Source of the DNA: Eledone cirrhosa | Lineage: Eukaryota | Direction: 5' to 3' | Length of the DNA: 64,000 nt | Assembly: GCA_964016885.1 (NCBI GenBank) | Contig: OZ024752.1 | Coordinates: 10,726,001-10,790,000, forward strand | Shown here: one piece after another, positions 1 to 14,542 of the stretch | Layout of the letters: the number at the start of each line of letters is the position of its first letter | Numbering within the stretch: the stretch's first letter is position 1 | Notes under the pieces: model-generated | Databases searched by the model: none | Told to the model about the DNA's origin: nothing | Seen by the model: the letters and a program-made list of their open reading frames with translations, nothing else | Position numbers and translations under genes: made by a program

Positions 1-135
1 TACGGCCCTTTATGATCGGAGTTCAAATCCCGCCGAGGGTAACTTAGCCTTTCATCCTTACGGGGTCGATAAAATAAAGTACCAGTAATACACTGGGATA
101 ATTGCTGGCCTTGTGCCAAAAGTAGAAACAATTAT
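1..135 (+). mobile_element. tRNA-derived SINE family A (5' end cut by window edge)
   Basis: B-box GAGTTCAAATCC, core GCCTTTCATCCTTACGGGGTCGATAAAATAAAGTACCAG, tail GGCCTTGTGCCAAAAGTAGAAACAATTATT; about 30 similar copies in window. Confidence 0.9.
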
Positions 136-147
136 TCAATTGATAGA

Positions 148-327
148 TAATTGTTTCTACTATTGGTATAAGGCCATCAATCACCCAGTACATTACTGGT
201 ACTTTATTTGATCGACACCGTAAGGATGAAAGGCAAAGTTAACCTCGACGGGATTTGAACTCAAACGGTAAAGGGACGTAACTATGCTGGAAAGCATGGC
301 GTCCGACCCTCTACCGATACTGCCAAT
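148..327 (-). mobile_element. SINE family A
   Basis: Reverse complement of family A consensus, tail-to-tail with copy 1-135. Confidence 0.9.
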
Positions 328-828
328 AGATAATGTTATATGTTGCAGCTGTGAAGAGAAAATAACTTGTTTGGGTTGAAATTGTCGGTATGATCTATAT
401 ATCAGGCCACCATGGATAATCCCACCACGAACGATCACAAATATATTAGATCTCAATTCTAAATTTCGTGTTGTCTCAGTTTAGATAGAATTGATGAAAC
501 CACTTCTTACCGCACGTGGATAAATCATCTGTAAAGAAGTTCTGACCGGCGAATTAAATGCAGGTTAAAACATTTATAAGGTCATACCCGGAAATATATA
601 TGAGGGTCCTGAAGCCAAGACCTGCTCAATCATTATCCTTCGATGTCGTTATGATTCGAAGCAATCATATATACTGTTAAAATGTTTACAACTACGAAAT
701 TTAGTACATAAATTATGTAATATTCGTTCACTAATTTTTCAAAGTAATCCAATTTATTTTCGTAACGGGTAAAACATATATATTTAGGACACAGTCCCGC
801 AATCCTCCCTTTATTATTATACATTGAG

Positions 829-1003
829 GATCGGTAGAGGGTCGGACGCCATGCTTTGACGCAAAGAGTTACGGCCCTTTCCATTCTGAGTTCAAATCCC
901 GCCGAGGTAACTTTGCCTTTCATCCTTACGGGGTCGATAAAATAACGTACCAGTAATACACTGGGTAATTGCTGGCCTTGTGCCAAAAGTAGAAACAATT
1001 ATT
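829..1003 (+). mobile_element. SINE family A
   Basis: Matches family A consensus. Confidence 0.9.
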
Positions 1004-1011
1004 ATCCACTG

Positions 1012-1310
1012 AGGATGAAGTACTCAGAGCTGTACGTGACGCTCCCAAAAGGCAGCTCAAAAGTGATACAGAGGAGACTGAGGTTAGCTGGACATGCTCA
1101 CCGACATCCAGAGTTGACACTGCACTCGGTGCTCCTGTGGAATCCCCTGCATGGACACACTGGAAGAGGAAGACCGAGGTTAACATATGTTTATCCCAAA
1201 GGACAGACACTGGTCTCTTGGAGACGCAGGACATGGCAGCGATAATGAGGGACAGAGACCGCCTGAGAGAACTCGTCCATGGATCTCGGGAATTATGCCC
1301 GCGCTAGATA
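1012..1310 (+). mobile_element. RTE-clade LINE 3' fragment
   Basis: Translation RRLRLAGHAHRHPE..VLLWNPLHGHTGRGRPRLTY matches the RTE ORF C-terminal pattern RL.(F/L)AGH..R...LLW.P...RGRP. Confidence 0.8.
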
Positions 1311-2040
1311 AATAGATATTGGATTTTGGCGTTGAATTTGTACATTCATTCCTGATTTAGTTACAAGGCCAGCAAACTTTGACAAGGGAAACATTGATTA
1401 AATGGACCCTGCATCTGATTTGTACCTTATTTATTAGAACCCGGAAGAATGAAAGTATACAACCGCATGATCCGGACACACAATAATTAACCTAATTGTA
1501 TTTTATCCAAAGCTACATTAATTCTGCCAATCCACCATGTAGCTAATGCCGTAATATTACGTATTTAGAATATCTTTGCAGAACTGAACGTGATATTTGT
1601 TAGATTTCATGGACTATAGTTGTTCACGATGAAACGCCTCCTCACTTTTAAATAATTACTATAATTAGACACAAATACACTTTTATTTTCTTACTACCAA
1701 GCGGATATGTGTGATATTAGAACTAAAATCATACTGGCCACCATATATTTACATGCAAAGGAAATTAGGTCTTAGCATACAATTTTTATTGTATAATTCT
1801 TTCTTTATAGAAGCAGAGCTTGAAAGTAGCATTTCCTAAATATCACATGAAATAATAATTAAAATGTATTAGCTTCCTCGTAATTAATTAGGCCTATATG
1901 ATTCGATACATAAACAGGTACATGTAAAATGATTTGCACACTCAGGCACGCACAAGCGCACACTTGAAGATCAAAATATTTTCATATATTAGCTATCACA
2001 AAAAGTAGATATAATACGTATTTGTATCTTACTCTTACTA

Positions 2041-2234
2041 GAGGTGGTGGGTTGGTAGTATCGATAGAGGGTCTGACGCCATGCTTTACAGCATATAGTT
2101 ACGGCCCTTGCCATTCTGAGTTCAAATCCCGCCGAGGTTATCTTTGATTTTCATTCTTACGGGGTCGATAAAATAAAGTACCAGTAAAGCACTGGGTAAT
2201 TGCTGGCCTTGTGTCAAAAGTAGTAACAATTATT
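2041..2234 (+). mobile_element. SINE family A, full length
   Basis: A-box-like TGGTAGTATCGA, B-box, core and tail. Confidence 0.9.
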
Positions 2235-3294
2235 TTCTCACTATTCTCATGAACGCAAAATAGAATAAGCATAAGATTTATTTAATACAGAACTGTATCA
2301 TTACGAATATACATGATATATGATTCTTGTTGTAATGATATTGCCTTCACCAAACACATTTATGCAAACGGGAAAATATTTGAACAAAAATTAATAACAT
2401 GCCATTTGGTTGTTGTCAATGATGCTATTTAAATTAATCATACTTCATCTTCATTGCTGCTAACACGCAACAACACAATTTTTATGTACTAATTATCGCG
2501 TAATATACGTTAAATGATCAAGAATTACGGAGCAATGCTGGAATTAACGGATTCCAAAAGTATTCGTTAAGCTTCCTTTTGAAAGCAATAAAATATAGCG
2601 GTGTGGTTATGGCATAATATCGAGGCATCATATATATTTTTCTGTTCTATTCTATGTGTTTTCTACATAACGAATGAATGCCAATATATTCTATAAATAA
2701 TATTCTCGAGAACATAACACAAATTATATGATTATATGCAATGGATATTAAAATATGGCTCTAACAAACATTATTGGAGATATTCTTCATTCAAGAAGAT
2801 TTAATCAAATATTTTAATAATAATTTCAATTTACAACGAGGAAACGAAGAAGAGAAAATTTTGCTCTTATTGAATTATCTTGAAGTCATTAGTAGCTATA
2901 GAGAAAAGGAATTGTTAATATGCCACTGGCTTTTACATGATTGTCATACTTGATGAATACATATCATTGAATATATTGTTCACATATCTTCCACTCTGTG
3001 ACAAGGAAGCTGAAGGAAAATAATGAAAAGCTTGTATCTGCATTTAACCAATGAATTTTAAAGCGGTACAATAGAGACTCATTACGCGATAGCAAATGTG
3101 TAATATGTCTAAATCTATATAAATCGTGTGTTGTTATGAGGTTTGGTAAAAATGTATATGAATGTTGGGATGTGAGTTTGCTTGTAGGTTTGCGTGTATG
3201 TGTGTGTAATTAAATTAAATATTGTCAATATATATACATATATATATATACCAAGATAATAATAAATAGAAACTATATTTATGAAACCATATTT

Positions 3295-3358
3295 ATTTTA
3301 TTATATATATTTCAAGGGCGACCAAGCAAATAATTGGTGCGCTTTCATCAGATAAAAT
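3295..3358 (-). ncRNA. Type I hammerhead ribozyme (inverted copy)
   Basis: Reverse complement of the 3491-3554 motif. Confidence 0.75.
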
Positions 3359-3490
3359 ACAAAAATGTGTTTTATAAATAATGACCATACCCATGGAAAT
3401 CACACCTTAACGGTCCGAAATTCGCTGGATTTCGGACCGTTAAGGTGTGATTTCCATGGGTATATCATTATTTATGAAACACATTTTTGT

Positions 3491-3554
3491 ATTTTATCTG
3501 ATGAAAGCGCACCAATTATTTGGTGGGTCGCCCTTGAAATATATATAATAAAAT
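3491..3554 (+). ncRNA. Type I minimal hammerhead ribozyme
   Basis: ATTTTAT-CTGATGA-stem II (AAG..CACCA/TGGTG..CTT)-GAAA-TATATA-TA-ATAAAAT; 7-bp stem I, palindromic stem III. Confidence 0.85.
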
Positions 3555-3684
3555 AAATATGGTTTTATAGATATAGTTTCCATTGATTATTATCTTGGAA
3601 TATTTACTCCAGTAACTTGTTAAGTGCTCTATATCAGTTATAAACATTTGTTTGTCGGAATTCCAACAAATTAAATACAACTCC

Positions 3685-3920
<236 letters not shown>

Positions 3921-4113
3921 CGCTTCTAAATATCATATAGACATATCTCTGTCGCTCTTTCTTTGATAGATGTGAGCGAGAGAACGCGTGCTAGAAGAAA
4001 CAAGGAAAATCTACTATAGCATTGTGTTCACCAATATAAGATTTACGACACACACGATCCTGAAGACAAACACAGTCACAAACACACAAACAGACAATTA
4101 TACACACACACAC

Positions 4114-4156
<43 letters not shown>

Positions 4157-4189
4157 CCGATAGAAAGGTAGAATGATAAAAAGATGTAT

Positions 4190-4700
4190 ACAGAGAAATT
4201 ACGTCTACAAGCCAAGAGCTATTTCATTAAACCTAATGATTTCGTAAGAATGGAATCGTGCTAGCGCTGTAGGAATCATTTCTATCTAAAATAAATATGG
4301 TTGCTGTCTTCTAATATCTACATTACCTTATTTATCTATTGCTTATAAGTGATGCCCTTCGGAATATCATCTTTAATTATAGAATTATAGAAGAATACTC
4401 TCATGAGATCGCAGAAAGAATAGAAAAAAGCTTCATGAGCGAGGGATTAAGATTTCTTTTTACAAAATGATTTTTTTCTTTATTTCGATGGCAACACTTA
4501 CAAACAAATATCTGTGACTACGATGAGTACAAACGTCGCTCCAACTTACGCTTACTTAGTCATGGCATACTTGGAAGTCGAGATATATGAACATTCGAAA
4601 TTATAATACGGCTTGAACATACACAAATATTTGTCAGAGAATTGGAAAGCTACTTGGATAATTGCCATATTCTTTGGTCTCACACACTCGAAACTATAAA
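4190..4700 (+). mobile_element. Penelope-like element reverse transcriptase remnant (degenerate)
   Basis: Frameshifted translation FDGNTYKQISVTTMSTNVAPTYAYLVMAYLE...W..YLDNCHILW matches the PLE RT pattern Y.Q..GTAMG...AP.YA.L.M..LE / RYxDD. Confidence 0.8.
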
Positions 4701-4761
4701 TTTGTTGTTTATTTGGTTAAATATTATTTTATGGATTCTACTATTTTATTCAACATAATTT

Positions 4762-4955
4762 AGGTAGTGGATTGGCTGTATCGGTAGAGGGTCTGACGCC
4801 ATGCTTTGCAGCAAAGAGTTACGGCCCTTTATGGTCTGAGTTCAAATCCCGCCAAGGTTAACTTTGCCTTTCATCCTTACGGGATCGATAAATTAAAGTA
4901 CCAGTAATGCACTGGTTAATTGCTGGCCTTGTGCCAAAAGTGGAAACAATTATTT
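4762..4955 (+). mobile_element. SINE family A
   Basis: Full consensus match. Confidence 0.9.
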
Positions 4956-5389
4956 AGGATGCTAGCCCTTCTTCGAGTTTTAGATTTGATTTGCTATAAT
5001 ACAATCTTCGCTGCTTGTTTAGTAAATTCTGAGGAATTGTTGCATCGTTTTTAGGCTTAATTTAATATACATAGGGTCATCGTTTTTATGTCATTTTCTC
5101 TCTGTTATGAAGCGTATATTTTGTATATTTGTTACTTGTTGTATTGTCCTTCTTTGCATGCGGTAGATCATCACTTTTATACGTAGTCGCATTATTGGGG
5201 TGGCCTATTTTCAATGAGTACTTATTCTTTGTGTATGAAACAATATCAAATTATTACTGTGCAGTGATTTTCTCACGGTGACCATAATTACTTCATACAC
5301 CACATCAATTACTTCTTTTTTAGCGGTTAGAGGCCTATTTAATTTATGGTATAATTGTTTCATAAAGCCTACAGTTTGACAAATGTGTC

Positions 5390-5552
5390 CGAATACGGAA
5401 GAACCGAACTCCTACTGTCATCGCCTCCATCTCTCTCGCCCTGCCTATCTCTCTGTATTATGAACAAATGGAGTCCCACTGGATGGCCGCCCCACAGCCC
5501 CGGCGGACAGAAAGGAGAAGGCATTTCCCCGGAGGATAGTAAGGGAGATGCC
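5390..5552. repeat. Unclassified GC-richer interspersed repeat (second copy at 23720-23883)
   Basis: Shared CTACTGTCATCGCCTCC..CCGCCCCACAG..GGAGGATRGTAAGGGAGATGC. Confidence 0.7.
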
Positions 5553-6061
5553 CTGTTATTATATCTCAATAATTATCATATGAATACATATTTATTGGCT
5601 AAGGTTATCATATTGATATATTCCTTGAAATATTTATAGTTAGTATTTGTTATGTTAATTTCATTTAGATTTTTATATCGAAAACAGTTGCAATTTATTT
5701 TGGTTGTATTCGAAGGTTTCTTTCGTTTTGTTTGATTAGTCTGTTCTTCCGTTCTTTAATTTCTTGTGTGATATATAAAGAATATATTAATATTTTGTTG
5801 GTAATAACCGTGTCAAATAGGAAAAGAGGAATAACATTAAGTTGTACTTATTGACAGCGTTTCGTCCTGGATTGCTAGATGCAACATTTTAGTTGTGCTG
5901 ATTTATGCAAAATGTGTATGTTGGTTAAGAATTATATATATATATACATATGTATATTAATAAGAGGAATTCCAACTTTGTCTGATTTACTCGTTTTATT
6001 TACAATCCTTTAAAATTTATAATGAAATAGTATGATAGAATATTAAATGTTAAGTGTTAAT

Positions 6062-6100
6062 TGAACAAGTACTTTCATGCTTTCGCAATCTTCAGGTTCA
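6062..6100 (-). ncRNA. Type I minimal hammerhead (inverted copy)
   Basis: Exact reverse complement of 6163-6201. Confidence 0.85.
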
Positions 6101-6162
6101 TAATGTTTGGTGACAGTCAAGTTTTCAAACTTGACTGCAAACTTGACTGTCACCACACATTA

Positions 6163-6201
6163 TGAACCTGAAGATTGCGAAAGCATGAAAGTACTTGTTC
6201 A
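6163..6201 (+). ncRNA. Type I minimal hammerhead ribozyme
   Basis: TGAAC-CTGAAGA-tTGC gaaa GCAt-GAAA-GTAC-TT-GTTCA; palindromic stem III. Confidence 0.85.
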
Positions 6202-6352
6202 ATTAACACTTAACATTTAATATTCTATCATGCTATTTCATTATAAATGTTAAAGGATTGTAAATAAAACGAGTAAATCAGACAAAGTTTGAATTCCTCT
6301 TATTAATATAATCTTCTATACACAATCATACACACCCGTGTATATTTATCTA

Positions 6353-7558
<1,206 letters not shown>

Positions 7559-7599
7559 AGTAATAAGCGAAAGACATATACTTTATATCATCCCTATTT

Positions 7600-7675
7600 A
7601 TTTCATTATATATATTTCGAAGATATAAACTTTTATGTATAACATTAAGCAAAACATGTACCCCTCAGATAAAAT
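7600..7675 (-). ncRNA. Degenerate hammerhead related to the 3491 family
   Basis: ATTTTAT-CTGAGGG-..-GAAA-TATATA-TA-ATGAAAT; core A9 mutated. Confidence 0.55.
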
Positions 7676-7711
7676 ACATAGAAATGTATAATTATTTTCC
7701 CCTGATATGCT

Positions 7712-7765
<54 letters not shown>

Positions 7766-7905
7766 TAGTGACGAAACATAAGTCAATTGCATGAACTCAT
7801 AGTCCTTTATTTACTGTTATTGAATGGCTATGACCTCATCAGGCAGTTAGTCAGTTCTTAGCTATGCCAGCTCTATGTTTATAGTGTTGATGGTATCAGA
7901 GCCTT

Positions 7906-8017
<112 letters not shown>

Positions 8018-8065
8018 AAGAGTGAAGAATAACATGGTCAACAGTACAAAAAGGGTTTTATTTAC

Positions 8066-8176
8066 AGTATTAACAATTGTTTCATTGATTAGGATGCCTA
8101 AAGATTGCAAATCACTCGAAGCTGTGTCACTCAATCTTAAATACAGTGTATGCCTAATCAAATCATCGGAATAACT
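8066..8176 (-). ncRNA. Hammerhead with CCGATGA core and long stem II
   Basis: AGTTATT-CCGATGA-TTGATTAGG..CCTAATCAA-GAAA-CAATTG-TT-AATACT. Confidence 0.7.
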
Positions 8177-8980
8177 ACAAACCAAGAATACAGGATTAGC
8201 TGGTCAAAATTATCGGGAGCAAAAGCCTACAGAATTGGATTGTTCCATTTCGGACTTTGCAATAGGGAGCTGTTCCATATTTTAAAGTATGACAAAATGC
8301 TGCTTAACACCAAAATAGAGCGATCAATTGTCTGTAGGCACAAAGCAGTTACTAAATTCCCAAATTTCGAACCAACATAATTCGATCCAACAATCCCATA
8401 ATTCAAGCTGAACGACCCAGAGTCTATTATAATAACTACATACCAACTCACTATTATTAACTGTCAACAGACCAACTAATCACTACATCAACATCATAAA
8501 CCTCCTAACCTTTCTTTCACTCTCTCTCCCTAAAGCTATTTCACCTCTTCCCTTGTATCCTATCCTGTATCTCTTAACCTCTAACCTAACTTCTAATTTA
8601 TTAATTTATCTTTCATAAGTTATTTATCATTATAGTCTTTCTTCCTACTCTAACCATCTGTGATTTAACCAATACATATGTATATATTTAATGTTTATTT
8701 TCATATTAATAATATTCCTACCCTCATCACATCTTTATACTTACACACCACTATAACTTTAACCACCACCACCACCATCACCACAACTATTTTCAACGAT
8801 CATATTATGTTCATATATTTTTTTCAAGTATATATATTTTTTTATTTATATATTTTTTATCATCTGCATTCTAACTTCTTTTTTTATTTTTATTTTTATT
8901 TTTATTTTTATTTCTTTATTATTGATGTTGTTATTTGAATTCTCCGTAGTATAAATACAAATATCGAATGGAATTTTGTC

Positions 8981-9091
8981 AGTTATTCCGATGATTTGAT
9001 TAGGCATGCACAGTATTTAAGATTGAATGACACAACGTCGAGAGAATAGCAATCTTTAGACACCCTAATCAATGGAACAATTGTTAATACT
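8981..9091 (+). ncRNA. Hammerhead (CCGATGA core, GAAA mutated to GGAA)
   Basis: Sense copy of 8066-8176. Confidence 0.6.
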
Positions 9092-9304
9092 ATAAATAAA
9101 ACCCTTTTTGTACTGTTGTCCACGTTATTCTTCACTCTTTCAGTTTTATTACTCCAAGATTAACCTGCATAGGAATTCCTGGGAACTCGCCACGTAACTA
9201 AGGAAACCTCTTATTGAGTCTAACAATGCCGTACGTTAAAAATCCCCACGATAAAGATTACTCACAGCTTCTAACTGGATTACCTATAACGATAATTTGT
9301 TATC

Positions 9305-9380
<76 letters not shown>

Positions 9381-9384
<4 letters not shown>

Positions 9385-9915
9385 AAAAGGATGAAACGAA
9401 ATTTCATTTCTCACTCTTAGTACGGCTGATACTTAAAGGTAAGTATGTACACGTACATACATATTTGTATACAGACGTACAGTAGTATGTATATATATAA
9501 TACGTGTACACATATATATATGCACGTATGGGTTTACCGAACATTATTATAATGTTCGGTTTGTTTGTAAGCAAACAGCCCGAATTACGCCGTACAGTGT
9601 TTGGCAACCATCGTCGCCGTTTTATTCAACACTGACACAGGAACGATGTACTAGTTTCAAGCTTATTAGCTATCGTCAGCATCGTATACATTTCTGTAAG
9701 ATGATTGAACGTTTGAAATTATATACTTTCCTTATGCATATTAACGGCTGAGCAGGCTAATTTGCATATCAAGTGGGTTAGTCGGCCGGGCGAACCGAAA
9801 ACGATAAATGGAAATGGATGAAACGAATTTTTTTTTCTCACTCTTAGTACGGCTGATACTTAAATGTAAGAATGTACACGTACATACATATATGTATACA
9901 GACGTACAGTATAAT
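9381..9915. mobile_element. Terminally redundant element, 427-bp period, with octamer motif
   Basis: About 100-bp direct repeat starting at 9381 and 9808; GCAGGCTAATTTGCATA about 40 bp before the second copy; (TA)n flanks. Confidence 0.6.
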
Positions 9916-10083
9916 GTATATACATATATATATAATGTATATACATATATATATATATATACAATTTATATACATATATATATACACACATATATATATA
10001 ATGTATATACATATATATATATATATATATAACGTACATACATATATATATATATATATAACGTACATACATATATATATAAC

Positions 10084-10115
<32 letters not shown>

Positions 10116-10155
10116 CGTATATATATATAACGTATATATAACGTATACATAACGT

Positions 10156-10192
<37 letters not shown>

Positions 10193-10239
10193 GTAGAAGG
10201 AAACAAGGAATCAGTGTTGCATCATATACAAATTTAATT

Positions 10240-10331
10240 ACATATTACACATGTTTCAGTGTCGTACCGCTCAAGGAATGATCGATTGATGATCGAACCT
10301 GATTCTGGAACCGGAAGCTCCTCAGATATGT
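10240..10331 (-). ncRNA. Type I hammerhead in a short pLTR-like insert
   Basis: ACATAT-CTGAGGA-..-GAAA-CATGTG-TA-ATATGT; stem II pairing is weak. Confidence 0.65.
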
Positions 10332-10403
10332 GTTAATATGTAGACGCAAGTATGTGTGTGTGTGTGTGTGGGGTTGTGTAATAATAATAATAATAATAAT
10401 AAT

Positions 10404-10575
10404 AATAGTTTCTTATTTAGGCACAAGACCAGAAATTTGGGAGAAGGAGAAAGTCGATTAAATCGAACCCAGTACATTACTGGTATTTATTTTATCGACC
10501 ACGTAAGGATGACAGGCAAAGTTAACCTCGACAAGGGCTGACTCGAAACATAAAGGGCCATAACAGCTATGCTGC

Positions 10576-10577
<2 letters not shown>
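10404..10577 (-). mobile_element. SINE family A (long-linker subfamily), head truncated
   Basis: Core and B-box remnants; (AAT)n tail. Confidence 0.8.
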
Positions 10578-10625
<48 letters not shown>

Positions 10626-10644
10626 ATAATAGTAGTAGTAGTAA

Positions 10645-10688
<44 letters not shown>

Positions 10689-10716
10689 ATAGTAGTAGTG
10701 GTAGTAGTAGTAGTAA

Positions 10717-10784
<68 letters not shown>

Positions 10785-10785
10785 A

Positions 10786-10834
<49 letters not shown>

Positions 10835-10861
10835 TGTAGGTACTGTAGTAGTAACAGTGGC

Positions 10862-10927
<66 letters not shown>

Positions 10928-10975
10928 TGTAGGTACTGTAGTAGTAGCAGTAGTAGATACTGTTGTAGTAGTTGC
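10578..10975. repeat. (TAG)n microsatellite
   Basis: Direct reading; explains the poly-V and poly-Y ORFs. Confidence 0.95.
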
Positions 10976-11144
10976 AGGTAAAAGAGGAGAGAGTGTTGCT
11001 GCTTTCTTGTATAGAAATATTATGCAACATGGACGAAACTTTGAACAAAGTTTGTTGACATCTGTTGATGTATGAATCGAGAGTGATGTATACCAGATAT
11101 TGGATTATACTGGGGTTGTTTAAAATAACCTGACTACAGGAATG

Positions 11145-11182
<38 letters not shown>

Positions 11183-11391
11183 ATATATATATGTGTATAT
11201 ATATATATATATGTACAAATATATATATACATGTGTATATATATATGTGTGTGTATATATATATGTGTATATATATATATATATGTACAAATGTATATAT
11301 ATATACATGTGTATATATATATATATATATTTATATGTGTGTGTGTGTGTTTATATATATGTGTATATATATTAATATATGTATATATATG

Positions 11392-11438
<47 letters not shown>

Positions 11439-11771
11439 ATTTATATATATATCTATATATATATGTATATATATATGTGTATTTTTATATATATATCTAT
11501 CTATATATGTATATATATATATATATGTGCATTTTGTGCCCCAGCATGGTCTCAGCCGGATGGCTGAAACAGGTAAAAGAGTAAAAGAGTATATATATAT
11601 GTGTGTGTGTATTTATATATATCTATATATATATGTATATCTATATATATATGTGTGTATTTATATATATCTATATATATATATATGTATATATATATAT
11701 GGGTGTATTTATATATATCTCTATATATATGTATATATATATATATATATATGTGTGTATTTATATATATC

Positions 11772-11806
<35 letters not shown>

Positions 11807-11834
11807 ATTTATATATATCTTTATATATATATTA

Positions 11835-11910
<76 letters not shown>

Positions 11911-11920
11911 TTTATATATT
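11145..11920. repeat. (TA)/(TG) low-complexity tract
   Basis: Direct reading. Confidence 0.9.
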
Positions 11921-12084
11921 GTATTCAAATTAACATGAAGTATGTGTATTTAAATTCAATAATTTTCAGCTGGAGAATTCTTACAGCGTGAATTCTACAA
12001 TATTGTTAACAAAGGAATATTACTTGAAAATCCGCCTGTTTTCAAAATGTCACTCACAATTTGGTCACAGCAATACTTGAATGG

Positions 12085-12570
12085 CTTCTTCATCATCATC
12101 ATCCGGCGGGCCAGCCAAAATGGACTCAATAATTGATCTCCACGTGGGTCTGGTGTTCATTGCCGTTGCCATATCCTGGATTTCAATACCAGAATAACTG
12201 GAGATGACATCGGGATAGGAGAGCTTGTGCCCCCTGTTATTAGTGACTTATTGTGGTTTCCAAAGCATTAATGGGGACACAGCCTCATAGCTGGCACGAT
12301 GGTAGTGGTCAGCACATCAGGATAGAAGAGAGTGTGCTCCCTGTTATTAGTGACTGCTAATGTTTTTCAAAGCACTAATGGGGACACAGCCTCATATGTG
12401 GCAAGATGGCAGTGGCCAGCAAATCTTACTCTCCTTTTACGTACAACGACAGATATGCATGGGAGGCCGGCATATATTTCTTTCAATGTCAGATGTCGCC
12501 AGCTTATGTTCTGAATGCGTTGAAGCAGGCAAGTGTAGGTGTAGGTGCCATCAAGGTGTTTATGTTGTTT
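12085..12570 (-). mobile_element. RTE-clade LINE 3' fragment with internal duplication
   Basis: Minus-strand translation RKRRVRFAGHCHLA..KLSYPDVIS..WRSII, ending in a (GAT)n tail. Confidence 0.75.
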
Positions 12571-12734
12571 GGTTGAAAGCGTCCATTTTTACTTCCATAT
12601 AGCAAGATTTGTTGAATAGTTACTTGGATCTATTATAGAAGACAGGGAACTGGTAGAGTTGATAGAATTTGTGATAGATTGCTTTGTGTTATTTGTTCCA
12701 GCTTTATTATCCTTCTTAGTTAGAATTCCACGAA

Positions 12735-12965
12735 GATCACTTTTTCCTTTCATACATTTCAAGTCGGTGAAAAATGTACCAGTCTAGTACTAGAATCGAT
12801 TCCTCTTCTATATCTCTTTCTCTCATCCTTTCTCTCATTTTTTCTATCATTCTCTGGAAAAGAAAACTGCTGTTTTCAGAGCTGGGGAGGAGATGGGCTT
12901 CGCCATATTTAATAATGACCTACAAACGCCGTGTAAGACTTCCACGAGAGTTAAGGGGCCTTGCA
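12735..12965 (+). mobile_element. Diverged SINE, family A core with alternative tail (subfamily C)
   Basis: GTACCAGTCTAGTACT shared with the 26335 and 48425 copies. Confidence 0.6.
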
Positions 12966-13184
12966 GGATCGAGTACGGCATTTCTACTAGAAATACAGGT
13001 ACTAGGCCGCGAGTTACAAACACACAATTATTAGTTTTAAAAAACCCAGACAGGTTGCATCAATCTGAAATTATAATCTCTGTATTTTTCTGTACACATT
13101 GTTTTATCTAGATCACTAAGAGATGACGTGAATTTATATGCATAAATTTGTGATATGATTTATTAAAGTCCAGTTTATTGCAAA

Positions 13185-13578
13185 TAGTTGTTTCTACTAT
13201 TGGCACAAGGCCAGCTATTATCTCAGTGTATTACTGGTACTTTATTTTATCGATCTCGTAAGGATGAAAGGCAAAGTTAACCTCAGCGGGATTTGAACTC
13301 ATACCATAAAGGGGCGTAACTCTATGCTGGAAAGCATGGTGTCCGATCCTCTCCGATACTGCCAATTCACCGCCCAGTTTATTGCAAATAATTATTTCTA
13401 CTTTAGGCACAAGGCCAGCAAATTACCCAGTGCATTACTGGTACTTTATTTTATCGACCCCGTAAGGATGAAAGGCAAAGTCAACATCGGCGGGATATGA
13501 ACTCAGATCGTAAAGGGACGTAACTATGCTGGAAAGCATGACGTCCGACCCTTTACCGATACTGCCAATCCACCGCCC
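13185..13578 (-). mobile_element. Two tandem SINE family A copies
   Basis: 13185-13375 and 13388-13578, separated and flanked by TSD-like AGTTTATTGCAAATA. Confidence 0.9.
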
Positions 13579-13604
13579 TTGCAAATAAGTTTATTGCATA
13601 TAAT

Positions 13605-13755
13605 TAGAGCTAGATCCAAACGCGGATCAAGCTGTCAAAACGGTCGGAGCCCAGCCGTCGGGGTCTTGACCTTTTCCTATTACCCGGCCTACTACCCTAA
13701 GTATCGAGTACTCTGGTGCGTTAGGGTCCACCTGGTTCCTTACCACACTTTCTTT

Positions 13756-13760
<5 letters not shown>
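13605..13760 (+). mobile_element. pLTR 3' fragment (family of the 33660-33940 and 52978-53172 copies)
   Basis: Shared GAGTACTCTGGTGCGTTA.GGTCCA.CTGG; ends in (TA)n. Confidence 0.65.
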
Positions 13761-13854
<94 letters not shown>

Positions 13855-14025
13855 TTTATTAAATAACAGATTAAAGATCCCGTTAAGGGTGAAAGCAGCG
13901 ATTCTTTGCTTAAACTTTAATCTGTTATTTAATAAATATTTGCTCTTCGGTTCTTATATATTTGATATATATTTTCCTTATCGAGCCCTCTCTGGATTTT
14001 AGTCTTCAATTTTATTATTATTACT
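13855..14025 (+). mobile_element. 5'-truncated pLTR with a 23-bp inverted 5' end (family of 53395-54087)
   Basis: ATTTATTAAATAACAGATTAAAG is inverted relative to CTTTAATCTGTTATTTAATAAAT; carries the HHR 3' half TCCCGTTAAGGGT-GAAA-GCA..TGC-TT-AAACT. Confidence 0.75.
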
Positions 14026-14201
14026 ATATATATATTATATATATATATATTATATATATTATATATATATATATTATATATATTATATATATATATATTA
14101 TATATATTATATATATATATATTATATATATTATATATATATATTATATATATATTATATATATATATAAAATATATTATATATATATATATATTATATA
14201 T

Positions 14202-14247
<46 letters not shown>

Positions 14248-14254
14248 TATATAT

Positions 14255-14300
<46 letters not shown>

Positions 14301-14307
14301 TATATAT

Positions 14308-14373
<66 letters not shown>

Positions 14374-14392
14374 ATATAATATTTATATATAT

Positions 14393-14489
<97 letters not shown>

Positions 14490-14492
14490 TAT
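14026..14492. repeat. (TA)n / (TATAT)n tract
   Basis: Direct reading. Confidence 0.95.
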
Positions 14493-14542
14493 TTGTTTTG
14501 CGAGGTTTTTGATATGAAATCGTGTGTCGAAACAAATACTGT

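Larger units (their letters stand above)
5953..6345 (+). mobile_element. PLE pLTR fold-back element
   Basis: About 175-bp inverted arms 5953-6125 / 6138-6310 with an HHR in each; flanked by (TA)n. Confidence 0.8.

Noticed and set aside
7768-7852. Hammerhead on the minus strand (AACTGC-CTGATGA)
   Set aside because: Stems I and II are plausible but GAAA is missing on that strand; too degenerate to call.
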